NCBI GenBank assembly: GCA_002104905.1
Contig: MCFE01000204.1
Span: forward strand, 1-64,000
Length of the DNA stretch: 64,000 nt
Reading direction: 5' to 3'
Source of the DNA: Basidiobolus meristosporus CBS 931.73
Lineage: Eukaryota > Fungi > Basidiobolomycota
Below are positions 11,500 to 23,696 of this stretch, in pieces. The first letter of the stretch is position 1; each line of letters begins with the position of its first letter. Below the pieces are notes generated by a model. It searched no databases. It saw only the letters and a list, made by a program, of their open reading frames with translations, and had not been told where the DNA came from. A program made the translations under genes and the position numbers.

Positions 11500-14400
11500 A
11501 GTATAGTAATAAAGTTGATGTTGAGATGTAGGTCATTTTGCAGGACTGGCATGGCAGTCAGATGGTCATGATGCAGTCTTAATTTATTTGGGCATACCTA
11601 ACCAGCCAATACATGTAGTTGGCATAAATGGCAGAAAGCTAGGCAGCACTTTGGTGTTGTGCCTCAGCCTGAATGCAGACCTCTGTTGGAATTGTTATAA
11701 AAGTACAGCAGGCTACAGCTAGTCCAGTTAAATGTTATCATACCAGCTTACTAAATGGTATTTGGTTTTATGCAACCACTTTGCTATTCATGTATTTCAC
11801 TGTAAATCACGCTTGTTTGTTTACCTCCCCACAATTACCATGGGTATTCCACAAACATTATATATAAAAAAAACAATGGCCTCTGGCGTACTAGCCTCTA
11901 CATATGTGCCCACCCACTTCAATTGGCACACTTCTTTTACCTCACCTTTACAGCTTTTCATCATGATACTTGTAAAGTTGCCACAGTTCTTACATTGCTA
12001 GTAACATATACATCTTACAAACATATGCTTGGCTGCTGCCACTTTTGCCATGAACACCTCTTATATATCTGTAGAGTACTTTGTGGTACTTGGCCAGCCT
12101 ATTTTTTCTCCCTACTGGATTCTAGTATCTATCATAGGAGCATTCCAACTCTTGTTTGCTTGTATTTTATATCAAAAGGTGCATTAATTAGCTTGCATCA
12201 AATATACACCTATCAATCTTTGGTAAAGTAGTTCTAATTGTTGTAATTGTCTTGGAGATATTGGAAGTGATTTGGGAGAACAAGTAGATTATGTGCTCAT
12301 CACTTAATGATTTAATGCATGTGAAAGTGGTATTTATGCTTTTACCTGGTCATTGCATAACAAAAGCATAGAATAGGCTAAGGAAGGTCCCAAGAATTTG
12401 TGTGCAATGTTTGGGGCAGTTTGGACAGCTTTAAGAATTTTCATGTTCAGGGTACCTGATAGTTTGATGAAAGTATTCCTAGTAAATCCTGACAAGGGAC
12501 TTGGTCGGTATTCTCTAGAACTTATGGATAAAGATCTTGGTCACATAGTTAGGTGAATATTTAGGTGGAACAACAAATTTTGACAACAGATACACTATCA
12601 AGTTTATTACTTTATTTAGCAGTAAAAGGACAACTTTGAGAATTTTCATGTTCTGGGTACCTGGTATTTGGGTGAAAATAATCCAGTAAATCTCAACAAG
12701 GAATTAGGCCAGTTTTCTCTAAGATTTGAAGGTAGTGATCTAAGAGACTAAGTAAGGTGAATATCTTGGTGGAATTATAAATTTTTACAACACTCCCACT
12801 CAGCTGAAGGTTCTTACTGACTAGTCCTAATTTTGACCTAAGATGTTCAAACTTCTCTGTAGCTAATGGTTTGGTAAATATGTCTGCAATCATTTAATCT
12901 GAAGGATAGTAACCTAAGCTAACTAAGTTATTCTCTATGGCTTCAAGTATGAAATGATGTCTAATATCTGTGTGCTTAGTTCTAGCATGAAAAGTTGGAT
13001 TTCTACATAATTGTGTACATCCCTGATTATCTTGAAAGAAAGTAATAGGTGTTTTTTGACAAAGGCCTAAATCTGCAAAAAGCTTTCTTAACCACATTGT
13101 TTCTTTTGTAGCTTCACAGGCTGCAATATACTCTGCCTCTGTGGTAAAAAGTGCTATGGTAGGTTGCTTTCTTGAATTTCATGAAAATGCTCATTTACAG
13201 TAAAGAAAGGAGTATCCTGTGATGGATATTCTGGCTTTTGAATTTTGCCCCCCCCCCAACCAGCATCAGTGTATCCCAAAAGATCCTGTTCTGAATCCTT
13301 ATAGGTGCATTTTAAGCAGAGATCAGCAGTTCCTTTAGGTATCTAAAATCCGCTTAACTGCTGCAACATGATCAGATCCATAATTCTGACTATGCTAGCT
13401 GATAGCTCCCATTGAATATGAGATATCTGGTAATGTTCCAAGCATGATATACATCAGACTGCCAACCATAGATTGATAAGAAAAGTCAGGGCTTTCAGAT
13501 GGCACCAAGCTGCCTTGATTTGGCTGAGCTTTGGCCAAGTTAAGATTTGTCTCCATTGAGGTAGCTGCTGGTTTAGAGTCTTCCATTTGGTACTTCTTTA
13601 GTATATGCTGAATATACTTGGATTGGCATAGGGTAATAGTCTGAGTACTTCTGTCAATGGAAAACTTAATATTTAAGTAGTAACTGAGTTCTCCTAGACT
13701 GGACATCTTGAACTCCTTAGACAGGTTGGATTTAGTCTGTTCCAATATTTTTAGGTTATTGGTGGCTATAATAAGTTCATTCACATATAGAGCTAGTAGA
13801 ACTGGATTTGCTCTATCTGGCTTATAGTTTATACTATAGTCAGCATTACTCCTTTAAGACTCAAAGATTCCAAACAGGAATCTATCTTGCAATTTCAGGC
13901 TCTTTATGATTGTTTAAGACCATATAGAGACTTTTTAAGCTTGCAGACCAGGTGGGGGTTATCTTGGTTGACAAACTAACTAGGCTGGTCCATATACACA
14001 TCCTCATCAAGTTCATCATTCAAAAATGCAGTTTCTACATCCATTTGTTGAATAAAAAACCTATATTTGGCTGCAATAGCCAATATTAATCTGATGGAAT
14101 TAAACTTGGCTACTGGTGCAAAGGTTGCAGTATAGTCAAGTTCTTTTGTTTGAAAGTATTCTTTGGCCACAAGTCTTGCTTTGTATCTTTCTATTGTACC
14201 ATCAGCCTTGTATTTTGTCTTGAAGACCCATCTGCATACAATAGATTTTTGGTTGATTGATAATTTGACCAAGTCCCAAGTTTGATTTTCCATCAGGGTC
14301 TGATATTCCTCAGTCATTGCAGATCTCCAAGACTTTTTCTAAGTGCTATTTAGGGTCTCTTTTATAGTCCAGGGCTCATCAATATGGACTGAATAGGCAT

Positions 14401-17170
14401 AGGCCAAGTTTGTACACTCATTGATATAGTAATTAGGGCTCTTTCTTGTCCATTTGGATCTCCAGGCATTTGATACTGAAATGACCACTTCTGAGATACT
14501 CCAGGTCACTGCTTCAGGCTAAAACACAGTTGTAGAGTCCTTTGGAGTGAAAAAATTTCATTGTTTTGCTCTGATTGAATCCCAACAATTAGTGGACTTG
14601 ACATCAGATTTTTGTCAGCATCTGATGACATTTTTGGTGAAAATTTGAATTTTTGTCAAACAACACACCCCTGGACCTGATTAGCTTCTTTGCTTTGGTA
14701 TTGTAGAGTTGATATGCTTTACTCTCATTGCAGTGGCCCAAAAATATGCATTTTGTACTTTTTAGCTCAAATTTTGACTGATTTCCAGGCAGTTTCTTGG
14801 CATATATACCTATATATTGTTTAATGTTCTGCACTAGGTCTGTACCCATACCATCCTTCAAATGGAGTAGAATCACAAAGTATTCTGTTATTACTCCCAT
14901 TTTAAAGTTATACAGCAATGGCAGCTGATTCCACCCAAATATTGTAGGATAATTTTTGATCATGGATTATAGATCTTGCCATATCAATTGTTGCTCTGCT
15001 AGAACATTCAGCTACTCCATTTTGCTGTGGGAAAATGGTACAGTAGTCTCTTGCTTTATCCCATTAATTTTGCAAAAGTGGATGAAGAGTTTTGTGGTAT
15101 ATTCTCCGCCATTGTCAGAGTGTATTTTCTTGATTTTTTCAGCTGTTTCTCTCTCCACCATGGCTTTGAACTCACTGAACTTAGACAGAGCTTCTTTCTT
15201 TCTCACCATGAAGTAAACCCACATGTATCTTGTATAATCATCAATAAAAGTGATGAAATACTTCATCCTACCTTGGAATATATTTTGCATAAGTCCACAC
15301 AGATCTGAGTGATTTATATCTAATTTTTTCTTAGTTTCAATTAGCCCATAGCTCATGTAAAGTTGTCTGGCTTGCTTCCCATATATGCAGGCTTCACAGT
15401 GCTCCAAATTAGCTGGGGATACAATTTTAGGCTGGAAATAAGCTGATCTTTGATCATTTTGTGCAAATATTCAAAATTGATGTGTCCAAATCTCCTATGC
15501 CAACGCATTGATTGCTAATTTAAGTTATGTATATTGAGATCCAAATATGATGGAATATAAGTCAACCTGCCTAGATTCTGATCTCTGATACCTAAAGCAA
15601 TATGGGCACCATTGTGATCAGTGATCCTGCATCTGGAATTGTCAAAGCTGAAACTGAGTCCTCATGCTGTAGCCTTGCTTACAGATAGTAGGTTCTTGGA
15701 TATTTCTGGTACATAGAGTACCTCTTTAAAGGTTGGTGTATGGCTTCCTTCTCTGTTTCTAAGGCTTACTTGGATAGTTCCTTCTCCCACTGCATCAACT
15801 GTACTATTGTTACCCATGAAAACCTTCTTAATTGGAATTTCTTCATATTGGGTAAAATGTTCTTTTTGGTGTTTAAAGTGTTGAGAAGCTACAAATTCAT
15901 TGTACCACATCCAAGAATCCTTATTTGTGGCCATATTTAGTGCAGATATGAAAAGTCTACCTTCAGTTGTTGCAGCATTTCCATATTCAGGCTAGTTTTG
16001 CTGATTATCTCTCTTTTTGAGACACTGGTCTGATGTGTGTCCTTTTCTTTTGCAGTAGTTGAAAATATGTTGCTGTTGCCTTTGTAGGGTCTAGGGTACC
16101 TCCTTTGTTGGTTACCATTGCATATTAAATATTTTCTTCTTCCTTCTTATTGGCGCTTGAATTTCTTAATTCTCCATCCAGGAGCCTTCCATACATGTAA
16201 TTTCAGGTCAAATCTTTACTGCTGGACTCTAGGGCTGACACAAGGCCCTGAAACCTGTCTATCAGGATGTTCAGGATGGTGATATCACATCCTCATTGGT
16301 AGTTGGTACACCCACATATTCCATTTCATCCATCAGCATGGTAATCATGTTGATTAGATGTTTCTTTTATTCTCCTGGCAGCATATTTGTAGTGAAAAGT
16401 TTTTGTCTCAGATACATTTTCTAAGCAGCTTAACATGACTGGAAGGAGTCCTCTAGTGCATTCCAGGCATTCTTTGCCGTTTTTACTCTTGAGTATTGAA
16501 TTAACAATTTGTCTTTACCCTTGAGGCAAATGCAGTAAAAGGCACTTTGTTCTTTCTTCTGGTACTTTCAGGCTTCCTCTCCTACATTTTTGGGTGGGCA
16601 TTCTTCTCCCATGACAATGTCCCAAAGGGCTCTTTCTTGTAACAGCATCTTCATCTTCACCTTTCACACTTGGTAATTAGATCCATCCAGCTTTTCAGCA
16701 GAGGGAAATATTCCAGTAATAGTAGTAGTAAGCATTGCAGAGAGTAACAGCTGGGGGCTCATAACCAGTTGTCAGAATCTTGGAGATATTAGAAGTGTTT
16801 GGGAGAACAAGTAGATTATGTGGTCATCACTTAATGATTTACTGCATGTAAAAGTAGTATTTATACTTTAAATGGTCTTTGCATAACAAGCACATAGAAT
16901 AGGTTAAGGAAGGTCCCAAGAACATGTGTGAAAAGTTCAGTGCTGTTTGGACAACTTTGAGAATTTTCATGTTCTGGGGACCTGGTATTTTGGTGAAAAT
17001 ATTCCAAGTAAATCCCAATAAGGAATTTGGCCAGTTTTTTCTAAGATCTGAAGGTAATGATCTAAGTGACCATGGTAGATGAATATTGAGGGGGAATTTC
17101 AAATTTTTATCACACTAAAAGTATTAGTTACCTGTGGTGTGCAACCCAGCCTTGCCTTACTCAACTATTT
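11500..17170 (-). mobile_element. Inverted CACTA-like 3' fragment (11500-12238 plus 17115-17170), split by a copia insertion
   Basis: Reverse complement aligns with ~30600-31350; the alignment resumes on the far side of the copia element, with CTAAT/CTAAA as a probable TSD. Confidence 0.75.
12239..17114 (-). mobile_element. Degenerate full-length Ty1/copia element (oldest of the three full copies)
   Basis: 5' LTR ~16767-17114, PBS GGTTATGAGCCC, gag-PR-IN-RT-RH remnants, polypurine tract (PPT) at 12793-12805, LTR pieces 12630-12792 and 12239-12588, TSD CTAAT/CTAAA. Confidence 0.92.
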
Positions 17171-20100
17171 ACCTATGCATTGCAAAAACCCTGTCAAGAA
17201 CAATTTAAGTGTGAAGGTCAACCGGTATCATGGCAGAGTCAATGAAGACCTGGGAACTTGGGTCCCTCAGATTGAAGAAGCTTTTAAAGCTAAAGGAATT
17301 GCTCCAGAAAGCAAGTTGCATTATGCAGCTTCTTACCTGGCAGATGCAGCCTTACAGTGGTACCACAACAAGATCAGGTCAGCCACTATGATGGGATGCT
17401 CTACAATCTCTACCTGGGACGAGTTTGTGTTGGAAATTCAGGATGCTTTTGAACCTCCACACCAGCAGACACTACTAAGAAGTAAGTTAAAGACACTCAG
17501 ACAGAAAGGAATGGTTCAAGAATACATCTATGAGTACAGATGTCTACTTGGACAAATTGAAAGAATGGACCCCCTGGATCAAGTTTAATACTTTATTTAT
17601 GGGTTGAAAGAAAGAACCTGCAAGGAAGTGAATTATCAAAGACCTCAGACTATTGAAGAAGCCATCAAGATTGCCATTGACTATGACTCAGCTATGTTTG
17701 GAGTTGGGAAGCCTACAGTGACTAATCAGAAAGGCTACAATCATTATGAAAGAAGACAGTCAGAAGCAGTACCAATGGAAATAGATGCTACGCAGAAGAA
17801 TCCTACCTCAGAAGAATATAAGAAGAAAGGACTTTGCTTCTATTGCCACCAGCAAGGACATATTGCAAAGTACTGCCCTCAGAGAAGAAATGGACACCAG
17901 CCATCAAGAACCTTTAACCGTATTGAGGCCATGGAGCATAGTAACATGGAGGATGAACTTGAAGAAGACTCAGAACTCACCTTCCACATGACAGAAGAAT
18001 ACCTATCCCAGATGACATCAAACTCAGGAAAGCTATTATACTTGAATGGAGTAATCAATGGAGTACCTGCCAAGATCCTGATTGACTCAGGAGCATCGCA
18101 TGAGTACATGTCAGAGCAATTTGCTCTGAAAGCTGGAATCAACTCAGAACCTACCAATTCAACTTCAGTCTCAACAGCTGATGGGAAATCTCACATAATC
18201 AACCATATTACTCAGCCAGTAAGAATGAAGATCAATGACTATGAAGAAGACCTACAGGCTTATATATTTGGGAACTGCAAGTTTGACCTAGTACTAGGAA
18301 AAACCTGGCTATTTTGTTGAAAATCATCAATCAACTGGAGAACCCATGCTACTCAGATCCAAAAGGACAACAAGACCTATGAGCTATTACCTGCCAGGCT
18401 GGATTGCAACTTGATCAATTCCAGTATGTGTGAGACAAGTGAACTTAGCAAGACCCAGTTCTGTAGAGTACTTTGAAAAGGTACCCAGATGTTCCTCATG
18501 GCAGTATTACAGGAGAATTCCGCTACACCAGCACCCCAGCAAGTCCAGACTCTCTTGAAGAAATATTCAGACGTGTTTCCAGATCAGCTTGTAAGCCTAC
18601 CACCAGTCAGAGACATGGATCATGCCATTGACACAGGAGATAGCCTGCCAGTGAGCAAGACACCTTACAGAATGAGTCCATTGGAATTGGAGGAAATGAA
18701 GAGACAAATTGATCAGCTATTGGTGCAAGGATACATCAGACCCAGCAAGTCACCTTGGGAGCACCAGTGCTTTTTGTGAAAAAGAAGGATGGAACACTTA
18801 GGATGTGCATTGACTACAGAGCCCTCAACTCAGTTACCATCAAGAATAAGTACCCCATACCTTGGATTGATGAGCTTTTGGACCAACTTAATGGAGCCAC
18901 TATTTTCAGCAAGATTGACCTCATGTCAGGATACAACCAGATTAGGGTGAAACCAGAAGATATCCCTAAGACAGCATTCAGGACCAGATATGGACATTAC
19001 AGGTACTTAGTCATGAGTTTTGGCCTCACTAATGCCCCTGCAACATTCATGTCGCTGATGCAGACTGTCTTTCAGGAGTACTTAGACAAGTTTGTGATAA
19101 TCTACCTGGATGACATATTGATATACAGCCAGACAGAAGAGGATCACGTGGTGCACATTGAAAAGGTTTTGAAGAAACTAGGAGTGAACAAGCTATATGG
19201 CAAGCCAGCCAAGTGTGAATTCTTCAAGGAACACATTGAATATCTGGGACACATAGTGACTAGCACAGGAGTGAACTTAGACCCTAAGAAGGTTGAAGTA
19301 ATCAAGAACTTAAAGCAGCCCCATAGCATATCAGAACTCAGATCATTCCTTGGAATGGCATCCTATTATTGGAGATTTGTCAAGTCCTTTGCAAGCATTG
19401 CAGCCCCTTTAACTGATATCCTCAAGAAAGACAACACCTACAAGTGGGACATAGCCTGTGAGACTGCATTTCAGATGCTCAAAAATGAACTTGCTAAGCT
19501 GCCAAGCTTAAGAATACCTGACTTCAGAAAAGAGTTTACCCTGTGCACAGATGCTTCAGATTATGCAATTGGTGGAATACTAAGCCAAGAACACGAGGGA
19601 AAGGACTATCCAATTGCCTTCAAGTCCAAGAAACTGAACTCAGCAGAACAAAACTATCCTGTGCATGCAAAGGAGATGCTTGCTATAATACACTGCCTGA
19701 AGACATGGAGATGCTATATTGAAGGAGTCAAATGCACTGTAAAGACTGATCATGCCTCACCAAAGCATATGTTTACTCAGATGGTTCTATCCAGAAGAAT
19801 GACAAGATGGAGTGAATAGATTCAGCAATTTGACTTAGAGATTGTCTACTGCCCTGGGAAAAACAACACGGTGGCTGATGCCTTATCAAGACTAGAACAA
19901 GTGGCACAACTCAGCTTGGTGCATGAATCAGATTGGCCTAGCTTATTACCACAATACTTGGAGGACCAAGCCATTCCTAATGAGGTGGATGAAGAGATAA
20001 AGAAGATAATCCGGAATGAAGCCAGCAAACTTGTTGTACAGGATGAAACACTCTACCAAGTTGTTGATGGAAGCCCTATTGCCTATTGTCCTTATGTTGC

Positions 20101-21577
20101 TTACCTGGATTTAATACCTAAGCTACACAATGCATATGGACATCTTGGGATTGAAGGAACCTATAGCCTTGTGAAAGCCAGAGCATGGTGGCCCAGAATG
20201 AAACAAGATATTGAGAAGCTGGTGAAAACATGCCCAAACTGCCAAATCAATCAAGGCCAGCCACAAAGAAGTGCCAAACTCTTCCCTTTGGAGCCTGTAA
20301 GACCATTTGAGAGATGGGGAATTGACTTTATTGGAAGACTGCCAACCACCAGGAAATGCAACTGTCGGAACATAGTAGCAATTGGCCATGCCACTAAATG
20401 GCGAGTTGCTAAAGCTGTACCAATAGCCAGTGAGCAAGAAGTTGCAAGTTTCATTTACCATGAGATCCTGATGAAGTTTGGATGCCCTGTGGATATCTTA
20501 TCTGATAGAGGAGCAAACTTTATGACAAATACATTAGAGGCTTACCTGGAAATGCAGCAGATTAAACACTTGAAAACCTCAGCATATTACCCCAGAACTA
20601 ATGTAGTCACTGAACGCTTTAATGGATTATTTGGAAAAATGCTGACCAAGTATGCAATTGGAGCTGTCAGTAGATTGGATGAGTATATAGATCAGGCACT
20701 TTTTGCCTGCACAGTTAGAGTGCACAACACTACCCAACAATCAACATTTTACTTAGTGTATGGATGTGAACCCAGGATTCCAGGAGATCTCACATAACCC
20801 AAGCTTACAAATGCCATAGAAGATGAACTTAGTCAGCCCAGTAGACACCAGCAACTAGAACAAAGACAACAAGAGGCACAGGCCAAAGTATCTCAAAGTG
20901 CAGAAAAGATGAAGCAGAGACTTGATAAGACTATAGCACCAGAAGCATTGACAGTTGGGAATCTTGTATTGCTAAGAAACAACACTTGGAAGAAGTTTGA
21001 GCCACAATGGACAGGACCATTCAAGATCATCAGAGAATGTCCATTTGCGGCTTACCAACTAGTGGATAAACAAGGGAATATCCAGGAAGATTTAGTTCAT
21101 AGAAACAGACTCAAGCTTGCAAGACTTGCTGACAATACTGAACCATCAAGATATTGGTATCACAAGAAAAGAGATTCAGGAGAACCCTCTCAACTTTAGT
21201 GGGGGAGAATGTTATGATCTGCCGCTTGAATGTTTAAGTAAGATCAGTTTTTAGTCAAATCAATTAGTTATATGTTTAGGTTATCAGTATATCAGTATTA
21301 TCTATCATATCAGTAACATTAGTCAGCAAATGAATCAGCAGATCCTTATCAGACAAAATAGATATATCAAGTAGGATCTTATTGGGTGATGATGATGCAA
21401 TCAAATGAGTCATCAGCCACAACCTACATTAGGAAATACAATTAGTCAGCAATTGATCTGGCAAAATGTATATAAGGAGCTGCTGGAACCTCAATAAAGA
21501 TCAGTTCAAGTTTTAGTGAATACAATACTAGCTAAACTCCCTATTCCTCTACAACCCTTATACCAAGACTTGTAACA
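17170..21577 (+). mobile_element. Ty3/gypsy family A, copy A2 (5'-truncated gag-pol, PPT, 3' LTR)
   Basis: gag, CFYCHQQGHIAKYC knuckle and LIDSGA protease in one frame; RT YLDD; RNase H; integrase (CPNC, GIDFIG, SDRG, TERFN); no chromodomain seen; PPT AGTGGGGGAGAA 21198-21209; several stops. Confidence 0.95.
21210..21577 (+). repeat. Gypsy family A 3' LTR (368 bp)
   Basis: Follows the PPT directly; TGTTAT...GTAACA termini. Confidence 0.93.
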
Positions 21578-21914
21578 TGTGGTAGATGATGTCATTGACT
21601 AGATGTAGGTACTGGAGGTTTGGGAACTTGGGTGGTGGGTCAGTGGAGTATTAGAAATATTTCTTGATTGTTGTGGCTATGGAACTGGTGGTTGGGCTGG
21701 CCTTGACTTTCTCAAGGAGTGAGGGATCAATAATAGGTTGCAAGGAGCTCAAAGTGTCTTTTGCTGAGTACCGGGTTTTTCATTTGCTAACAGGCATTAT
21801 CCCATTCTTCAAGGGAATACTCCACCTTTCTGGACAGGGCATCAGGTTTCCCCTTTTATATACCTGGTCTATAGGTGATGACAAAGTCAAAGCTGGACAG
21901 GAAGAGGGACCATC

Positions 21915-22432
21915 TGTCATAATCACATGACAACCATGAACACCCATGCCAAGTTGCAGCATCCTAGCTCAATTTCAAGATATTCCTTCTGGAACCTTTT
22001 ACCACCTTATAGAAAGTTCCTGGCCATTCCAAACCATTGTTACACAATGGAGCATTCAATCAAAGCTTCCCATTGAATTTTCATGGTCCAGAATCATATA
22101 TGGAAATACCAGGTCACATCACTTAGTCACATGTTCAGGTGACCCAATCCATTTCCCCATCCTGTCTCAGAGCTTTGCCTTCTATATTATTATCCCCAGC
22201 ACTGCTGCTGTGCCTCACCCTACAACCCCATTGGAATTAGCTAATATCTCTTGGCATCAGTATAGCCAAAAAGTATATTTAGTCCTATCCCCCTTAAGTA
22301 TTCTTCAGTCTGATAAACACAGGTCTTGAATAAACAGCCTTGCCTTGAATCCTGCCTTGCCTTGATGGTCCACAGCTAAGTCCTTTCCTGCCGTGCCTAG
22401 CTTTTCCTCCTGCCTTGTGGCTATTGATAACA
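21915..22432 (+). repeat. Family B 5' LTR (518 bp, TGTCAT...ATAACA)
   Basis: Homologous to 38245-38766; boundaries fixed by the TSD and PPT. Confidence 0.88.
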
Positions 22433-22445
22433 GTTTCATCAGACT
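22433..22445 (+). promoter_or_regulatory. Self-priming-type PBS (GTTTCATCAGACT), complementary to AGTCTGATAAA at 22307-22317 inside the LTR
   Basis: 10/11 complementarity here. In B2 it is a perfect 12/12 (42671-42682 vs 42844-42855). The primer segment lies ~33 bp after a TATA motif at 22274. Confidence 0.75.
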
Positions 22446-23652
22446 CTTCTGACTTACCTGTGGATCCCTACCTCCTGCCCAAAGTCTTAAGAAAACTTGT
22501 AAAAGGAATACTCACCGTAGGTATCACCCATCATCTTTCCCTAGTCTTTTCCTATAAAGGCAACGATACTTTATCTTTGTAAAACTATTGGTCAAAGCTG
22601 CATTCACTTTATTACCCTGCTGGCGGAGTGTACAGTTGTTACAGTATTGGAAGCTTTAGTACAATACTCTAGCAAAGGACGTTGAAACCAGTACCTTCTG
22701 AAGTGACGCTAACTTATTTAAGTTGGGGACTGTGGCTCAATAGTTGTATTGCTGACATACAAGTGGCTTTACAAACCCACAATCTAGTTTAGTATATTCC
22801 AGTATTTCTTGTAAGTTCATCTGCCTTCCTCTCCTACCATGTCCAACCTAGAGCTGAGCTTTGCCCAGCTCATGGCTGCCTTTACCCAACTGCAGCAAGA
22901 CCATGCCAGCCTCAGAAACACTCTTGCTCAGTTCCAGAACCAAAGTGTCCAGCAAACTAGCCATGTCCCATTCTACCAAGAACCCAAGTATACTCCTGCT
23001 ACCAAGTTCAATGGCTCTCAGAATGAATTTTGTGGCTTCATCAACATGGTGAAGAACAATCTTGCACTCCAGCCCAACCAGTACCCCACTGACCAGGCCA
23101 AAGTTGGCTGCATCTCCAACCTGCTTACTGGTACAGCTCTCAAGTGGTTCTTCCCATTAGTGGAGACCAACTCTCAGCTACTCAGAGACTACCAAGCCTT
23201 TCTCATTGAAATGGAGCTAACATTTGGTAACCTTGACCAAGCCAGAACTGCTGCCAACAAGATCAAGACCCTCAAAGAAGGGAACAAACTAGCATAAGTC
23301 TATGCCTCCAAATTCCAACAACTCTCCAGTGACCTCAGCGCCTGGGGTCAAGCAGCCTTGATTAGCCAATTCCATGATGGCCTCAATGATGAAGTTTGTG
23401 ATCTGCTGCTCACACTCCCAGATCCAGATACATTGGTTGAAGCTATGCACCAAGCAATCCGGTGTGATCACAAACTATTCCAGAAGAAGCCAAATACAAG
23501 AAACTATCAAAGAGTGAAAAGTCCAGATGTCAACAAGACAACATCTGTCTATACTGTGGCCAACCAGGTCACTTTGCCAAGTCCTGCCCCAACAAGAAGT
23601 CCAGCTTCAAGCTGATGCAGTCCTCCAGTAACCAACCTGATTTAGATCTGTT

Positions 23653-23696
23653 GGGAAACTCCAATGTCCAGTTGCACTGACAGGCTTGCAACTGGA
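23653..23696 (+). promoter_or_regulatory. Programmed -1 ribosomal frameshift signal: G GGA AAC, 7-nt spacer, 10-bp stem TCCAGTTGCA/TGCAACTGGA
   Basis: The heptamer is in the correct phase in the gag frame shortly before the gag stop, and the -1 frame is the one that enters RT. B2 has G GGA AAT with a degenerate stem. Confidence 0.8.

Noticed and set aside
21915-22757. Longer family-B LTR ending at TGACA (perfect TGTCA...TGACA termini)
   Set aside because: The CCATC TSD and the 3' LTR fix the end at 22432/38766; the TGACA lies in the leader.
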